Below are positions 37,638-47,207 of a stretch of 64,000 nt of DNA, piece after piece. Both the position numbers and the translations under genes were made by a program. Each line of letters opens with the position of its first letter. Positions within the stretch are counted from its first letter, which is position 1. Origin of the DNA: Candidatus Bathyarchaeia archaeon. GTDB lineage: Archaea; Thermoproteota; Bathyarchaeia; Hecatellales; Hecatellaceae. Where the stretch lies: contig JAVZMI010000007.1 in the NCBI GenBank assembly GCA_038883335.1, forward strand, positions 3,278-67,277, written 5' to 3'. The notes below the pieces were generated by a model. That model was given only the letters and a program-made list of their open reading frames with translations, searched no databases and was not told the origin of the DNA.

Positions 37638-38234
37638 GTGAGAGGTCTGAAAAGGAGACGTGAATATGAGAAAATGTATCGGGGGTCGGTGATTATTCGT
37701 GAAAGTTTACCCATCCTACTATTCTTAGTGCTGTTTTCCTTGGTCACGGGTAGAACTCTAGAGGATGCCACCTACCTCATCGTTGAGGATGCCCCTTTTG
37801 TACTACTGGTAATACCCGCGTTTATCAATATGGCTGGAGTCCTAGCTACAGTTTTCAGTTCTAGGTTAACTTCCCGTCTATTCATAGGGACGATTGATAG
37901 ACATTTCAGGCCACGCCGCCTTTTAGCCTTCGACTTGTTGGCTATATCTGCGGTAGCATTATCAGGATTCACCCTGCTAGCTGTGATAGTTATCCTAGCT
38001 ACGAGGTATTTCCTATTCATCTTAATCGACGCCACTCTGGTCTTCGGGGCGTTTTTGACTGCCGGTTTAACAGCCACGATCGCCATGTGCATAGTTGGTA
38101 TAATAGTCGCCTATTTGAGCTTCTCCAAGGGATTAAACCCTGACAACTTTACCGCCCCCTTCACCAGCACCTTGGGAGATATGGCTGGTACCCTTATCCT
38201 GATATTTTCGGTAAAATCTTTCTCCTTGGTTTAA
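37638..38234 (+). CDS. MgtE-like integral membrane domain protein (paralog 2)
   Basis: It starts 1 nt after the paralog-1 stop. It has the same motifs (IPAFINMAGVLATVFSSRLTSRLFIG ... NPDNFTAPFTSTLGDMAGTLILIFSV). Confidence 0.65.
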   Translation: MRGLKRRREYEKMYRGSVIIRESLPILLFLVLFSLVTGRTLEDATYLIVEDAPFVLLVIPAFINMAGVLATVFSSRLTSRLFIGTIDRHFRPRRLLAFDLLAISAVALSGFTLLAVIVILATRYFLFILIDATLVFGAFLTAGLTATIAMCIVGIIVAYLSFSKGLNPDNFTAPFTSTLGDMAGTLILIFSVKSFSLV

Positions 38235-38303
38235 CCAACCTTTTGATTGGTAGAAAAATTAAAAACCAAGAACCTCTATCTACATTGAAGGTAGAAGAGT
38301 GTT

Positions 38304-38888
38304 ATGTCCCCTGGAAGGGAAGAGTATAAACCTACATCGATCAAGGAGTTATTGGTCGAGATAAGGAATAACACAACACTGATAGTTGACCTCTCCTACG
38401 CAACATTGATCCTTCGCGATAGGAGTCTAGCGGAGGAGGTGCTTACCTTAGAAAAAAATATCGACGGACTACTCAACCAACTACAGAAAATAATTATGCT
38501 CGCTGCCAGGGATATTGAAGATGCTGAAGCCTTACAATCAATCTTGACAGTGGCGTTGGCGACAGACAGAGTATCCAACGCTGCTGGAGAAATAGTTTAC
38601 CCCATTCTTAAGGGTGTGGAACCTCACCCAATCCTCCTAGAGGGACTGAAACAGATAGATGAACCATTTGTAGCAGTTCGAGCCGCAACCAACTCGATCC
38701 TATGTAAGAAGTCTATGAGTAGCAAGAGTATAAGAATGAAGCTTGGAGTGGACATAGTCGCAGTGCGGCGGGGTGAGAAATGGATCACTCAACCTGCAAG
38801 CGTAGATAGAATCCTTCCTGATGACATAATTATAGCTAGAGGAGAGAATGTTGGTGTTGAAAGGTTGAAGGAGATTGCGGCAGGTTGA
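38304..38888 (+). CDS. PhoU-like / TrkA-C (RCK_C) cytoplasmic regulatory protein (paralog 1)
   Basis: An N-terminal PhoU-like helical domain is followed by a C-terminal TrkA-C fold (IRMKLGVDIVAVRRGEKWITQPASVDRILPDDIIIARGENVGVERL). Confidence 0.6.
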   Translation: MSPGREEYKPTSIKELLVEIRNNTTLIVDLSYATLILRDRSLAEEVLTLEKNIDGLLNQLQKIIMLAARDIEDAEALQSILTVALATDRVSNAAGEIVYPILKGVEPHPILLEGLKQIDEPFVAVRAATNSILCKKSMSSKSIRMKLGVDIVAVRRGEKWITQPASVDRILPDDIIIARGENVGVERLKEIAAG

Positions 38889-38894
38889 GCTTAA

Positions 38895-39479
38895 TTGACT
38901 GAAGAGACTGAACTCTCCCAGAGGGCTAGAAACCTCTTCTCAGAGCTGATGGACAGATCGGAACTTCAGTTAGACCTAGCTTACACAGCCCTCCTTTTTA
39001 ATGATAGGGATCTAGCGGAGGATGTCATGGAGCTCCACCAGAAGCTTGAGAATGTCTATATTGATTTTGAGGAGACTACGTTAAAGTTAGCCAAAGTAGT
39101 GCAAACTCCTGAGAAACTCTGGAGCTTGGTTAGAACTGGAGATCATGTTAAGGACATAATTGACGCCGCCTCTACCATATCTGATGTTGTGCTAAGGGGG
39201 TTGCCAACCCACCCAGTGATCCGGTCAATCTTTGACTCATCGAGCGAAACAGTTAGGAGAGTGAAGATTGAGCCAGGCTCCCAGTTGGACGGGAAGACGC
39301 TCGGCGAAGTAAAACTTCAAGAACTAAGTGGTATGCGGGTGATATGCATTAAGAGGGGGGAAGAATGGGTGTGCGGCCCCACCAGCGCAACAGCGATTAA
39401 AGGAGGCGATATCCTTTACGTTAGGGGGCCGAGCGAAGGCGAGCAGATAATTAGAAACCTTGCCATATCCAGCATCTAA
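38895..39479 (+). CDS. PhoU-like / TrkA-C (RCK_C) cytoplasmic regulatory protein (paralog 2)
   Basis: It has the same architecture as 38304..38888 (LQELSGMRVICIKRGEEWVCGPTSATAIKGGDILYVRGPSEGEQII) and the same length of 194 aa. Confidence 0.6.
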   Translation: MTEETELSQRARNLFSELMDRSELQLDLAYTALLFNDRDLAEDVMELHQKLENVYIDFEETTLKLAKVVQTPEKLWSLVRTGDHVKDIIDAASTISDVVLRGLPTHPVIRSIFDSSSETVRRVKIEPGSQLDGKTLGEVKLQELSGMRVICIKRGEEWVCGPTSATAIKGGDILYVRGPSEGEQIIRNLAISSI

Positions 39480-39811
39480 ATTTTACATGAACATTCTTTA
39501 CTAAACAGGACTGCCTCCATCAACAGCGACTTTATAGCGCCAAGCTTCGTATCGTCTGTTATATCCATGGTATACCACCCTTTCCACTGTGCTGGAAAGA
39601 TCCCCAAGTGCCCCAACGCCCTCCCTCGGTGGCCTAAGAGAAACCATAACTCAATCTTCGTCTTCGCATGATATACCCTCATTATATGCCCCTCTACTCC
39701 GTGGACGAAGACAGATATGCCATGAGTGTCCACAGCGTAGCGCAGGGGGTGATTAATCTCTTTCGTTAATTGCTCTACGAGAGCCTCAATTTTTTTGACG
39801 GTCACCGACAT
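39476..39811 (-). CDS. hypothetical protein
   Basis: The 111 aa ORF overlaps the preceding gene's stop by 4 nt. No family was recognised. Confidence 0.35.
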   Translation of the reverse strand: MSVTVKKIEALVEQLTKEINHPLRYAVDTHGISVFVHGVEGHIMRVYHAKTKIELWFLLGHRGRALGHLGIFPAQWKGWYTMDITDDTKLGAIKSLLMEAVLFSKECSCKI

Positions 39812-40061
39812 GCTAAGCTCCTGGTGTGGAACACCTTCAGAGCTACATCCGCCATCCGCCTCACAATCCTTACCAAAAAATCTTAGAAGCTGACCCAGGT
39901 CGACCCCCCACAGTTTACAGAAAGCCTGTAAGAATTAAGACTTTCCGCGGTCTCCTTACGTTTCGAGGTAGATCTGGTGTGCGCCGATATTTTTATACGC
40001 AAAGAATTAATTGACACCAAGGAAACAAAACAGACGACAGATTAACACTGGATATAAATTT

Positions 40062-40742
40062 TCATGTAGAATCTTGCAGGTCGGGAGGACATGTAACACG
40101 TAGCTGAAGATCTCCGCAACCCCTGAAGCCTAACCCCAAAAGGTAGAGTTCGGAGCTCTTCGCCCTGCTGGCCTCAGGCTTGAGGAGCCTTAAGTCTCGG
40201 AAGTGTTGTTTAACTTCTCCAATATATTCCTTCAAGAGAGGACCATCAAACACTTTCACAAAGAAGCGCCCACTCTCTTTAAGAGTTAACTTGGCGATGC
40301 TAAGTGCCGCTCTCGCCAAGTGAATCTGCCGGGCGTGGTCAACCTCCCAGACGCCTGAGACGTTTGGGGAAGCGTCACAGAGTATGACATCAGGCCTTCG
40401 CCCCAACCTGTCCGTTATCTTTTCTGGCAGTTCAGGATCTAGTATGTCACCTTCCATGAAGACGACCCCCCGACTCATCAGTTTCTGGTCGATACCTCTA
40501 ACATCAACCCCTAGCGCAACACCGTCAGGTCCGATTATTTTGGCTGACACTTGGAGCCAGCCGCCTGGAGCACAACCTAGGTCTACGACTACGTCACCCC
40601 GCTTTAAAAATCTAAACCGCCTGTTTGCTTGGATCAACTTGTAGGCTGCGCGGCTGGGGTACCCTTCCTCTTTGGCCTTCCTGTAGAAGTAGTCTCTCTT
40701 CCGTTCCTCAAACCACCTTCCTACCGACACCACCTCCTTCAA
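40062..40742 (-). CDS. rlmE: 23S rRNA (uridine-2'-O)-methyltransferase RlmE/FtsJ
   Basis: It has the SAM-binding motif YPSRAAYKLIQANRRFRFLKRGDVVVDLGCAPGGWLQV and the catalytic K-D-K-E context (DVILCDASPNVSG). Confidence 0.8.
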   Translation of the reverse strand: MKEVVSVGRWFEERKRDYFYRKAKEEGYPSRAAYKLIQANRRFRFLKRGDVVVDLGCAPGGWLQVSAKIIGPDGVALGVDVRGIDQKLMSRGVVFMEGDILDPELPEKITDRLGRRPDVILCDASPNVSGVWEVDHARQIHLARAALSIAKLTLKESGRFFVKVFDGPLLKEYIGEVKQHFRDLRLLKPEASRAKSSELYLLGLGFRGCGDLQLRVTCPPDLQDST

Positions 40743-41134
40743 TGCTGAGCTACTCCAGACTTCTCAAAGAGCCACCGGGTCAGCTTATCACAAGTGATCG
40801 GAGATACGGCACCTCCTACTCCACAACGTTCCTGTTCACTGCAAAAAGTGCAAACTTGGTCTAGTATGGAATCTGCCTTGACTGAGCGTTTCTTTGCTAT
40901 CAACTTATAAGTCCATTTACCGTCGTGGAGCTCTCTTTTCCTATCTATGAGGTGGGCCTTCTCGAGTCTAAGCGAGACACGTGACCCTTCCCTGCTACTG
41001 GCGTTAATCTTCTTCCAGAGCAAACTCTGCAGGATGCCCTCCTCGCCATGCTCCTTGATGATCTGAAGAACCTTATACTCTAGGTCTCTATCCCTTCGTG
41101 ACATAGCGAGAGCACCCATCAATCTTTCCCACAA
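40739..41134 (-). CDS. winged-helix protein with a C-terminal CxxC-x5-C-x10-C motif (possibly TFE-beta/RPC34-like)
   Basis: A wH segment (YKVLQIIKEHGEEGILQSLLWKKINASSREGSRVSLRLEKAHLI) is followed by VCTFCSEQERCGVGGAVSPITCDKL. It overlaps the rlmE start by 4 nt. Confidence 0.35.
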   Translation of the reverse strand: MWERLMGALAMSRRDRDLEYKVLQIIKEHGEEGILQSLLWKKINASSREGSRVSLRLEKAHLIDRKRELHDGKWTYKLIAKKRSVKADSILDQVCTFCSEQERCGVGGAVSPITCDKLTRWLFEKSGVAQH

Positions 41135-41296
41135 CGCACCTTAGAAGACATTGTTACCCTGCCAATAATATTGAGAGTTTGAAGTGGTGCCATGTTCGTA
41201 ATAAGTTTGTCATATAATGACATATAAATTTCTCGGAGACCTTCCACTACCTTAGAGGAAGGCGAAATCCTAAAACTACGACAGCCCGCACAAAAC

Positions 41297-42247
41297 TCAA
41301 ATTCTTACCTTTATATCCAACTTATCCATGAGCTCTCGGTAGCGGTTTCTTATAGTCACTTCAGTTACATTTGCAATCTCGGCAATCTCCCTCTGGGTCT
41401 TCCTATCACCTGCTAGGACTGACGCAATGTAAGTTGCAGCGGCAGCTATGCCCGTTGGCCCTCGACCGCTCGTTATGCGGAGGTTACTTGCACTCTCAAG
41501 AATTGAGGCGGCCACCATGGTCGCCTTGCCGGATACAAACAGCTGATTAGAAAACTTGGAGGCATATTTTAAGGGAAGAGCTGGAGGGATGAATTCCTCC
41601 AACTCTCTCGCGAGAAATCTGTAACACCGACATATCTCTTTCTTGCTGACGCATATGACCCTGGTTAGCTCATCTAAGGTGCGTGGTATAGCACACTTCC
41701 TACAAGACATGTATATGGCAGCCGCCGCGATGCCTTGAATGGACCTTCCTCGAATCAGCCTTTTCTTGACAGCTCTGCGGTATAGTACTGCGGCTGTCTC
41801 AAGAATGCTCTTAGGAAGGTTCAGCGCTGTGGCAATCTTATTCATCTCGGATAGGGCAAAGGCGAGATTCTTCTCTGACGCGTCAGCAACGCGTATCCTC
41901 CTGTGCCACTTCCTAAGCATAAATACTTGGCTCATCTGTACTGGGTTGAGACCCTTCCCGCAAGTATCTTGATTGTGCCAATCGATTAGAGTTGAGAGAC
42001 CCTTATCATGGATGGTATACGTTAGAGGCGCCCCCACCCTAGCCCTCTTAGCCCTCTGCTCGTCGTCGAAAGCTCTCCACTCAGGGCCAGTATCCGTGAT
42101 CTTGTCATCTATCACGAAGCCACAGTCCATACATACAAGTTCGCCCTGATCGTAATCATTCATCAGCCTATCTCCACCACACTCGGGGCAAATCTTCCTC
42201 CTCTGCTTAATAGAGGAGGTTGTAGCCGCTGCTACTTTACCTTGCAT
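41297..42247 (-). CDS. tfb: transcription initiation factor IIB (TFB), paralog 1
   Basis: It has an N-terminal Zn ribbon (CPECGGDRLMNDYDQGELVCMDCGFVI), a B-finger/linker and two cyclin-fold repeats. The likely start is the Met of MQGKVAA; the longer track ORF overlaps gar1 and is an over-extension. Confidence 0.85.
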   Translation of the reverse strand: MQGKVAAATTSSIKQRRKICPECGGDRLMNDYDQGELVCMDCGFVIDDKITDTGPEWRAFDDEQRAKRARVGAPLTYTIHDKGLSTLIDWHNQDTCGKGLNPVQMSQVFMLRKWHRRIRVADASEKNLAFALSEMNKIATALNLPKSILETAAVLYRRAVKKRLIRGRSIQGIAAAAIYMSCRKCAIPRTLDELTRVICVSKKEICRCYRFLARELEEFIPPALPLKYASKFSNQLFVSGKATMVAASILESASNLRITSGRGPTGIAAAATYIASVLAGDRKTQREIAEIANVTEVTIRNRYRELMDKLDIKVRI

Positions 42248-42257
42248 GACGTGTTCC

Positions 42258-42494
42258 CTACCTCTTTTTCTCGAGAAGATATAAAACTTGATTAACAAAT
42301 TTTTCAGGACTAGAATGTGAAGGTTTGATAGCAACGTAAGGTGAGACTACCGGCCCTAAGACGTCGAAGATGACGCCGACCTCACGAAGCTTGTTATCGA
42401 AAACTTTAACGCCAACTTGGAAGACTGTTTTTGCCTTAACTATCAAGTTACCCGTAGTTGGGGAGATGTGAAGAACTTTTCCCAATCGTTCCAA
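42258..42494 (-). CDS. gar1: H/ACA ribonucleoprotein complex subunit Gar1
   Basis: It reads GKVLHISPTTGNLIVKAKTVFQVGVKVFDNKLREVGVIFDVLGPVVSPYVAIKP, the Gar1 beta-barrel. It lies immediately upstream of tfb. Confidence 0.8.
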   Translation of the reverse strand: MERLGKVLHISPTTGNLIVKAKTVFQVGVKVFDNKLREVGVIFDVLGPVVSPYVAIKPSHSSPEKFVNQVLYLLEKKR

Positions 42495-42560
42495 GCCGTC
42501 GACTCCTTATCTGGAGCCCATCGACTCCCTTTTTAGCGAGATAATCAAACTAACTTTGAG

Positions 42561-42887
42561 TCAAGATTTAAACTTTTCTCGAAGGTCTCTGCCACTCCTC
42601 CTCAACTCAACTAGTTTGGCGGCTAGAATCTTTAAGGTCTCGCGTTTAGACTGACGCTTGTCCACAAGCAAGTAGCCACACCCCTGCCACCACGATCGAG
42701 GGTAGCGGGCGTCAGGTTTAGGCTGCGGGTTTAAACCTAACAAGGCGGCCAGCTCCTTTATCTCTTCTATACGTGGAGACTCGACTGCCAGCTTTTTTGG
42801 AAGCCTCCTTCCAGCGGATGTAGTTTTTGAGATGTCAAAATAGACAGGCCAGACAATTACCCGGTCATTATATTTTCTCAAATACAT
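42561..42887 (-). CDS. srp19: signal recognition particle protein SRP19
   Basis: It has the N-terminal VIVWPVYFDISKTTSAGRRLPKKLAV and the SRP19 size of 108 aa. Confidence 0.75.
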   Translation of the reverse strand: MYLRKYNDRVIVWPVYFDISKTTSAGRRLPKKLAVESPRIEEIKELAALLGLNPQPKPDARYPRSWWQGCGYLLVDKRQSKRETLKILAAKLVELRRSGRDLREKFKS

Positions 42888-42904
42888 CCCGATTAAAGAC
42901 GTGG

Positions 42905-43306
42905 TTAACTTTGCGTCTTTCTTCCTGCCTCCACGAGAATTGCGTTTATGACTCCATGCTGCCCTGGACGAGAGGTTACCTTCGCGGTTCCAAGCTCTGT
43001 CTCGATTAGTGCCCCTTTAGTTATAACTCCTCTTCTGTCGTACTCGGCGTTCGATGGGTTTTTAATCACCCTCAATATCTTAGCCTTTCTAGTGATTCCT
43101 GCCACTCTGTCCGAGACTTGAGCCATGTAAGATGACAGGAGACGTAACTTGGCGCCCCCTCCTCTAGCCCTTCGAATTACTAGGGAAGGGTCTCCAAGCT
43201 TAGTCTGTGTAGGTGGGCCGCCTTGTTCGAATTTTCTCTTACCCCTCCAGGGACGACTCCTGCCGCCAGTGGGTTTACGTTTGTGAAGATCTGAATGCCA
43301 AGCCAT
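42905..43306 (-). CDS. rps8e: 30S ribosomal protein S8e
   Basis: The N-terminus (MAWHSDLHKRKPTGGRSRPWRGKRKFEQGGPP) and a lysine-rich basic sequence are characteristic of S8e. Confidence 0.75.
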   Translation of the reverse strand: MAWHSDLHKRKPTGGRSRPWRGKRKFEQGGPPTQTKLGDPSLVIRRARGGGAKLRLLSSYMAQVSDRVAGITRKAKILRVIKNPSNAEYDRRGVITKGALIETELGTAKVTSRPGQHGVINAILVEAGRKTQS

Positions 43307-43477
43307 CTATATGCCACCTATTTTTTACAACATGAAACTCATCCCAAATATTAATGCTTTCGCCTAACAGAGACAGTTGGCAACTGGGCTGTGAAAGGAT
43401 AGATTATAGGCGAGGATGTTGATCAATAGGTTTAGGTACTCCCAGCTGTTTCCTCTAACCATAGTTGAGAGTGAGCT

Positions 43478-44767
43478 GTGGTGGGCATTGTAAGTACGGC
43501 AAAGGTTGGAGGCATCACGGAAGACATGCTGACGGTTGCGAAAGATGAAGGCGTGGATGCCGAGAAGATCAGGCGGTATGTCGCCGAAGGAAGGATAGTC
43601 ATCTTGAGGAATTCACTGAGAGAACAGTGCCACCCCGTCGGAGTCGGAAAGGGTCTGAGAACTAAGGTGAACGCAAATGTTGGCACCTCGACAGATCTGA
43701 GCGACATAGACTCTGAGATTGAGAAGGCAACAGCCGCCGTAGCCTACGGTGCAGACACCGTGATGGATCTGAGCACAGGAGGCAACCTCGACGCCGTTCG
43801 GAGAGCTATCTTGAAAGCTGTAAAGGTTCCGGTTGGAAGTGTACCTATCTATCAAGCGGCTATCGAGGCTCTAAAGAGAAGACATGCCGTCGTGGACATG
43901 ACAGAGGATGACCTATTCTCTATTATAGAGAGACATGCAAAGGATGGAGTAGACTTTATGACTATCCACGCAGCCATAACCAAGGAAACAGTCGATCGCC
44001 TGAAGAGAAGCCCACGAGTCACAGGCATCGTAAGCCGTGGTGGAGCCTTCCTTGCAAGCTGGATCCTTCATCATGAAAAAGAGAACCCCCTATACCGAAA
44101 CTTCGACTGCCTTCTAGAAATAGCAAAAAGATACGATTTCTGCATAAGCATAGGAGACGCTTTGAGGCCGGGATGTCTCGCTGACGCCGACGACTGGTAT
44201 CAACATCAAGAGTTGCTGAAGGCTGCTGAGCTGGTCGAGAGGTGCAGAAGTGGGACTGTGCAAGTAATTGTTGAAGGCCCCGGCCACTTACCCCTTAACC
44301 AGATCAGGGCTAACGTGATTATTGAGAAGTCGATATGTAAAGGTGCACCCTTCTACGTCTTAGGACCGCTGGTCACCGATATCGGTGCAGGCTATGACCA
44401 TATAGTTGGGGCTATAGGGGGCGCCGTAGCTGCCGCCGCTGGTGCCGACTTCCTCTGCTATGTCACCCCGACGGAGCACTTGGGGCTACCCACACTGGAG
44501 GATGTTCGCGAGGGCGTGGCAGCGGCGAGGCTGGCCGCTCACGCCGCTGACATAGTAAAATTACGCAAAAGAGCCTTTCCAAGAGATTTCGCGATGGCTG
44601 AGGCCAGAGCCAAACTAGAGTGGGATAAACAGTATGAACTGTCAATAGACCCGGCGAGGGCGAGAAAGATCCGTGAGAGTAGAGGCCCGAAGGCTGAAGG
44701 TTGTAGTATGTGCGGCGAGTACTGTGTCTTTAAGGTTTTATCCATGAAGCAGAGGGTATGTCTCTAA
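43478..44767 (+). CDS. thiC: phosphomethylpyrimidine synthase ThiC
   Basis: It has the radical-SAM ThiC core (MDLSTGGNLDAVRRAIL, VPVGSVPIYQAA) and a C-terminal CxxCxxxxC cluster (CSMCGEYC). Confidence 0.85.
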   Translation: MVGIVSTAKVGGITEDMLTVAKDEGVDAEKIRRYVAEGRIVILRNSLREQCHPVGVGKGLRTKVNANVGTSTDLSDIDSEIEKATAAVAYGADTVMDLSTGGNLDAVRRAILKAVKVPVGSVPIYQAAIEALKRRHAVVDMTEDDLFSIIERHAKDGVDFMTIHAAITKETVDRLKRSPRVTGIVSRGGAFLASWILHHEKENPLYRNFDCLLEIAKRYDFCISIGDALRPGCLADADDWYQHQELLKAAELVERCRSGTVQVIVEGPGHLPLNQIRANVIIEKSICKGAPFYVLGPLVTDIGAGYDHIVGAIGGAVAAAAGADFLCYVTPTEHLGLPTLEDVREGVAAARLAAHAADIVKLRKRAFPRDFAMAEARAKLEWDKQYELSIDPARARKIRESRGPKAEGCSMCGEYCVFKVLSMKQRVCL

Positions 44768-44772
44768 CGAAG

Positions 44773-46029
44773 TTAGCCTTTCAGCAAACCGTATCCTATT
44801 AGTCTCCATTTGCCTGCAATCCTACGACTGAGAGCTACTCTCGCCCCAGCCTTTACACAGACAGGTTTCTTTAGGGCTATCTCTAAGAGACCGGCCCTCA
44901 AACTTGTGACCGTACCTGAGGTGACAGCCGTCCCAACATTGATAACGAGAGGCTCGTTCAGCTTTAAGGTCTCAACCCGCATCAACTCTTGAGTTCCAAT
45001 AACATTCTCGAAGAGGGAGACCTCCATCGATAAAGTTTCCATAGAAGGAGGGAGCATGTTTGGTTTACCTACCACGTTACCGATAAGTCTGTCCGCCTTT
45101 GATAGTGAAGGGTCAAGAGTTGTCCCAACCCCGACTAAGCCACCGCAGCCAACCTCCTCCAATTTCCTACAACCTGCGTGGAGGCTGGCAATGTTTGTTA
45201 CTAGGCTGGTGTATCCTAGTTTGGCGCCTCTCTCACTCTTTATGCCTGGCCTTATCTCTATCTCTTCGCCTGTGTGAAGCTTACCTTCTACTATTGTACC
45301 GCCCAAAACCCCGCCGACAAGATTCTCTGCAGGAGTCCCAGGCTTGTTGATGTCGAAGGATCGAACTACATGCATAAAAGGCGGCTGAGCGGTGTCACGG
45401 TGCGGCGTGGGTATAAACTCTTGGATGGATTCGATTAAGAGGTCTATATTCAGCGCGTGCTGGGCTGAAACTGGAATGATGGGTGCGTTCTCAGCTATAC
45501 TCCCAGCCAAGAATTCGCGGATTTGTTTGTAGTTCTTGAGGGCTTCTTCCCTGCTAACGAGGTCGAGTTTATTCTGGACTACAACTATATTCTTGACGCC
45601 GGCAATCTCCAAGGCTGCGAGATGTTCCCTAGTCTGAGGTTGGGGAACTGGCACGTCTGCGGCAACTATGAGGAGAGCTCCGTCCATGACTGCAGCCCCA
45701 GAGAGCATCGTCGTCATGAGAACCTCGTGGCCTGGACAGTCAACGAAGCTCACTGCCCTAAGGAAATGCGCCGGCCCCCCACACTTGGGGCATCTCTCAT
45801 CGGTAGTATAACAAAGTGGTGGGGGGCAACTTGGGCATTTGTAGAAGGCACAATCAGCGTAGCCGAGTTTTATAGTTATGCCGCGCCGTAACTCTTCTGA
45901 GTGTCTACTCGCCCACACACCTGTGAGACTTTTAATCAGCGTCGTCTTTCCATGGTCAACATGACCAGCCGTACCTATGTTGACCTCAGGCTGTCTTGGG
46001 AGAGGAGTTACTCTGGATGTCTCAGCCAA
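44773..46029 (-). CDS. eif2g: translation initiation factor 2 subunit gamma (aIF2-gamma)
   Basis: It has the GTPase G1 motif GHVDHGKTTL, the Zn-knuckle cysteines (CPSCPPPLC...CPKCG), DCPGH and NKLD. Confidence 0.85.
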   Translation of the reverse strand: MAETSRVTPLPRQPEVNIGTAGHVDHGKTTLIKSLTGVWASRHSEELRRGITIKLGYADCAFYKCPSCPPPLCYTTDERCPKCGGPAHFLRAVSFVDCPGHEVLMTTMLSGAAVMDGALLIVAADVPVPQPQTREHLAALEIAGVKNIVVVQNKLDLVSREEALKNYKQIREFLAGSIAENAPIIPVSAQHALNIDLLIESIQEFIPTPHRDTAQPPFMHVVRSFDINKPGTPAENLVGGVLGGTIVEGKLHTGEEIEIRPGIKSERGAKLGYTSLVTNIASLHAGCRKLEEVGCGGLVGVGTTLDPSLSKADRLIGNVVGKPNMLPPSMETLSMEVSLFENVIGTQELMRVETLKLNEPLVINVGTAVTSGTVTSLRAGLLEIALKKPVCVKAGARVALSRRIAGKWRLIGYGLLKG

Positions 46030-46117
46030 CTATGCCACTCAGCAGAGATAGAGAGAGGAGATTTATAAGATTGCGGGAAAAGATGTCAAAATTGAGTGGC
46101 GGCCTACCGAATGAGTC

Positions 46118-47119
46118 TCATACACGCCACTTAACGTAGACTTCTTCCAACCTCCACCTCGGACGTACGTAGCTTTTGCTTACATTAACCTTCACGCCAC
46201 TCCGGTAGGCGAGAAGACCCGCCCAAGCTATCTGAGCGCCGCAGTCTCCGCTGTACTCTCGCGGAACGACGCGGAACTCAGCGTCATGCTCCCCCGCAAT
46301 GTACCGTAACATCTCTTGGAGCCTTTTGTTGGCCGCCACGCCACCGGTCAGTAGGAGTTCTTTCTTCTCCGTGAAGGCTAACGCCCTCTCTGCCGCCTCA
46401 GTAAGCATCGAGAAGGATGTCTCTTGGAGTGAGTAGCAGAGATCCTCGACGTTTCCATCACCACTCTTCAACTTGTTTACCGCCGCAGTTAGGAGACCCG
46501 AATAAGAGACATCATTGCCCTTAACTACGTATGGTAAATCGATATACTTCACTCCCCTGCTAGCCAAGGTCTCGATCGCTGGGCCGCTTGGTGAAGGTAG
46601 GCCGGCTTCCCTTCCGAACATGTCGAGAAGATTTCCGAGTGTAATATCTTCTGTCTCACCAAAGACCCTCCAACGCCCGCCAGCGAAAGCGGTTATTGAG
46701 GTGTGACCCCCTGAGACCAAGATTACCAAAGGATCTTTAGCGCCAGTGGCCAAGGCGGCTATCTCTATATGGCCTATTGCGTGGTTGACTGGGACGAGGG
46801 GGAGGCGAAGGTATGAGGCGAGTGCCCTTGCCACTGTTGCGCCGGTCCTAAGGCATGGACCCAGCCCTGGGCCTTGAGAGAAAGCTATTACGTGCAAGTC
46901 CTTCGACGTGACACCCGCCTTTGCTAGAGCAACCTTGATTACGCTGGGAGCCTTCTCGCAGTGGTGTCTGGCGCTCTCGCGAGGGTGGATACCTTCACCG
47001 GGGGGAGGCTTGTAAATGCTCCGTTCATCGGAGAGGATACGCCCATCCGATGAGACTACACTTGCCCCGAAGGTGTGTGCGGTACTCTCTATGCCTAGGC
47101 AGAGTAACTCGCCAACCAT
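46118..47119 (-). CDS. kae1: tRNA N6-adenosine threonylcarbamoyltransferase Kae1 (KEOPS)
   Basis: It has the ASKHA fold with CLGIESTAHTFGASVV, HAIGHIE and GGVAANKRLQEML. It is not fused to Bud32. Confidence 0.85.
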   Translation of the reverse strand: MVGELLCLGIESTAHTFGASVVSSDGRILSDERSIYKPPPGEGIHPRESARHHCEKAPSVIKVALAKAGVTSKDLHVIAFSQGPGLGPCLRTGATVARALASYLRLPLVPVNHAIGHIEIAALATGAKDPLVILVSGGHTSITAFAGGRWRVFGETEDITLGNLLDMFGREAGLPSPSGPAIETLASRGVKYIDLPYVVKGNDVSYSGLLTAAVNKLKSGDGNVEDLCYSLQETSFSMLTEAAERALAFTEKKELLLTGGVAANKRLQEMLRYIAGEHDAEFRVVPREYSGDCGAQIAWAGLLAYRSGVKVNVSKSYVRPRWRLEEVYVKWRV

Positions 47120-47207
47120 TCGATTCTCACTCAGAGTTGTAGGCGGGGCAGCACTTAAGCATGTTTAGTCTACAAGGACATTAAAAAAAGGAGGGGGGAC
47201 CTTGGCT

